A stretch of DNA of 64,000 bases from NCBI GenBank assembly GCA_051294375.1, contig CM119268.1, positions 14,808,636 through 14,872,635 on the forward strand, written 5' to 3'. Position 1 is the first letter of the stretch. Each line of letters begins with the position of its first letter. Positions 61,074-64,000 of the stretch are shown here, in pieces. A program made the translations under genes and the position numbers. The notes beneath the pieces were generated by a model. That model was not told where the DNA came from and searched no databases. It saw only the letters and a program-made list of their open reading frames with translations. Source of the DNA: Paraspadella gotoi. Taxonomy: Eukaryota; Animalia; Chaetognatha.

Positions 61074-62391
61074 AGAGAGAGCGGAGGAGAGAGAGGAGGA
61101 GAGAGAGAGAGAAGGAGAGAGACGCTCTCTGGAGGAAAAAACAAAAGAAAATGATTCCAACGCCAACGAAAAGTAAATGACACCAACGACAACGGGGAAA
61201 AGGACGAACGACCGGACGGACGACGACGGCGACGGAAAACAATTGTCTTTTCTTTCTTTCTCCTAATAATCTCGGGAGTAATCGCATCATGGAGAATAGA
61301 AGAAGTGGGTAGAGTCCTATGAAGAAAAAGCTATTTACAAACCGGCAAAACGTAAACAAAAAAAAAAACCAAAACAAAAAACACTTTCTCATATTTCTTT
61401 TTCCAAGAGAAACATTTTTTTTGTCGCACAGAAGCATCGACCTTATGTCCAATGTAAACTCCTCCCTCCGCTCCCCTTCCCCCCAACCCCACCCCCGCCC
61501 CCACACGTAAAACGATTCCATCCTTCGACGTCGAGACCGGACGGCTTGACAAAGAGACGAGCCGACGACGTCCATTGATGTTGAACAATNNNNNNNNNNN
61601 NNNNNNNNNNNNNNATAAAAAATAAGATCAACTCAAAAACGGAAGCATAAAACTATTTTTGCCTCAAGAAAAGTAACAAAGGCGGACGGGGCGGTGGCGG
61701 CGGCGGCGGCGGCAGAGGCGATGAAAAGCGGTGGCGGCGGTCAGAAGCGTCGGTGCCAGTGAAGGCGGCAAAGGAAAGCCAAAAGGAAAATAAAAAGAAC
61801 AACCGTGGTGGCGGAGAGGACGTGCGATAAAACACAGCAGTGGTGATTCTGGTGAACCTTAGTTGTGACATCTTTGTCACACGGGGTCGAATTCTCAAAA
61901 AGCCAGCTCTCAAAACGAAATGAGCGGGGATCTCGAAATTTTTAAAATTTTGAAAAATCTAATTACGGTTTCGCGACGTTGACAGTTTCACTGTTTACTC
62001 TCCCCGTCGGGAGCCAGTCGTTAAATATTTTTATTTCTTGATTTTTTTTTTGGTATAATATCATTTCATATTTTAAAAGCCTTTTTCTGGCCTGCAGTTG
62101 CTCTCTTTTTTTCAGATAAATATTTCAAAGCGTGACGCTTATGGAGAGAGTAATAAGCTGAAAAAATTTTATCAATAATTAAGTACTACCGGGGATGGAG
62201 AGAAANNNNNNNNNNNNNNNNNNNNNNNNNNNNNNNNNNNNNNNNNNNNNNNNNNNNNNNNNNNNNNNNNNNNNNNNNNNNNNNNNNNNNNNNNNNNNNN
62301 NNNNNNNNNNNNNNNNNNNNNNNNNNNNNNNNNNNNNNNNNNNNNNNNNNNNNNNNNNNNNNNNNNNNNNNNNNNNNNNNNNNNNNNNNNN

Positions 62392-62426
<35 letters not shown>

Positions 62427-63071
62427 AAAACAATTGTCCTTTTCTTTCTTTCTCCCTAATAATCTCGGGAGTATCCGCATCATGGAGATGAGAAAAGTGG
62501 GTAGAGTCTATGAGAAAAAGCTATTTACAAACCGGCAAAACGTAAACAAAAAAAAAAACCAAAACAAAAAACACTTCATTTTCTTTTTCCAAAGAGAAAA
62601 ACATTTTTTTTTNNNNNNNNNNNNNNNNNNNNNNNNNNNNNNNNNNNNNNNNNNNNNNNNNNNNNNNNNNNNNNNNNNNNNNNNNNNNNNNNNNNNNNNN
62701 NNNNNNNNNNNNNNNNNNNNNNNNNNNNNNNNNNNNNNNNNNNNNNNNNNNNNNNNNNNNNNNNNNNNNNNNNNNNNNNNNNNNNNNNNNNNNNNNNNNN
62801 NNNNNNNNNNNNNNNNNNNNNNNCAAAAACGTCGGAGAAAATGGAGCAAAAGCGGAAGTCGTTTGGATCGGAAATTGTGATCGTGGTCCTTGCTCGATCT
62901 GAGAGGATCGTCATTGTCATTCATAGAAAAAGTGATCCCTCATCGAATCCTTTTGACTATAATTACTCGGATGCGTCTTTGTCAGCATTAACGACTTCAA
63001 GATAAAAACAATGCCAACGACGACGATGATGAACACAACATCCCGAAAATACAACCACGTCTTTTTTTCAT
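59750..63071 (-). CDS. Candidate gene F: N-terminal signal-anchor (type II membrane topology), unknown product
   Basis: ATG at 63071 with one homopolymer fix gives MKKTWLYFRDVVFIIVVVGIVFILKSLMLTKTHPSNYSQKDSMRDHFF. Further exon-like pieces are IVQHQWTSSARLFVKPSGLDVEGWNRF (~61508-61589), DSTHFSHLHDADTPEIIREKERKGQL (~62432-62507), YLIIDKIFSAYYSLHKRHALKYLSEK (from 61014) and EFDTRVDKDVTTK (~60678-60715). The model is broken by gaps and a duplication. Confidence 0.5.
60427..62612 (+). repeat. ~1 kb direct duplication across a 25-N gap (60427-61420 vs 61615-62612)
   Basis: Both copies contain GATAAATATTTCAAAGCGTGACGCTTATGGAGAGAGTAATAAGCTG and its flanks; differences are mainly indels. Confidence 0.92.
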
Positions 63072-64000
63072 CTCAGTCAATATATTCTTTCCCACGCATT
63101 TCACAGACGAAGCCGTCATCCTCACAGTGAACTTCACGTCGAATAAAACGGCCACACGAAAGTTCGTTCACCTTCTTCTCTTTAAAACGAAAAAATAAAA
63201 AAGAAAAAAAGAAAAAAACTACGCATTTTTCCGACTTTTACCGGAAGTCGTCGGACGACGTCTAAGAAAATCTCGGTCGCCGCGATAAAATAAACGATGC
63301 TGACGCAGCAACAGCAGCAGCAACGACGCTGCCGTAGCAGCAACGACGCTGTGGCAGAGCCCCCCCAACGCCATCAGTCACCATTTTCTTAACCATAACG
63401 AAACATTTGTGTGCGAGCTGAAATGTATACGTGAGAAAAAAGAAGAAGAAAAAAAGATTTCAAGAAAAGAGAAAAGCCGCGAGAAAGAAAAAAATTATTT
63501 TGATTATTTTTCTCGCCCGAACTAAAAGCCCCGTCTGCCTCTGGCGTCGCGGCAGACGACCGAGGAAGATGACGCCAGAATGAGTGGGATTTGATTTTCA
63601 CGACAGATGGCGTGAGAAAAAAATGATTATTCTACTCGCTGGTCAATGGATATACATTATATGTAACGACATCATCCGTTTTCATCGATGACTGACAATA
63701 CGTACATACGTACATACGTACATACGTGTATAGCGCCTGGAGAAAAATCTGTTCTGATTTCGTCTTTTTTCAGACAGACGATGATGGAAGAGAAAGAAAG
63801 AGAATACTCGCCTCTCTCTCCATGCAAGAGAGAGAAAGGGCGCCTCTCTCTCTCTCTCCATGCAAGACGCGGAGAAGATGTCGCCCTCGTTCTCTTTGCA
63901 GAAGAATCAAAAGAATTTCCTCTTTTCTCGTTCTGCGGATTAAATCTTTTGTTTAGAAAACCAATTTCGAAATTTTCCGCGGTTTTTCCCCCTTTTTTTT

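Overview
AT-rich, CpG-retaining eukaryotic DNA, probably invertebrate; the taxon cannot be determined from the sequence. It is saturated with (AG)n/(CT)n and (GAC)n microsatellites and has short introns (about 55-120 nt). The consensus is noisy, with many homopolymer indels, and it carries six exactly-25-N gaps typical of long-read gap filling. Most ORF-track entries are microsatellite or antisense noise. Supported content: a degenerate near-full-length I/Jockey-type LINE on the minus strand (CCHC ORF1 plus APE-RT ORF2, about 245-5220), a second LINE 3' fragment sitting inside an (AG)n tract, and a tRNA-derived SINE head (2 copies). I reconstructed by eye about six intron-rich protein-coding genes of unknown identity; the best is a 12-exon minus-strand gene at 44571-51011. 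Several large tandem and inverted duplications are most likely assembly artefacts. I found no convincing new biological system. The most interesting leads are a tandem array that repeats an exon end plus splice donor between (CT)n tracts (possible 12-nt micro-exon array), possible (TC)n-targeted LINE insertion, a head-to-head gene pair with nearly touching starts, and a CACGTG E-box cluster.
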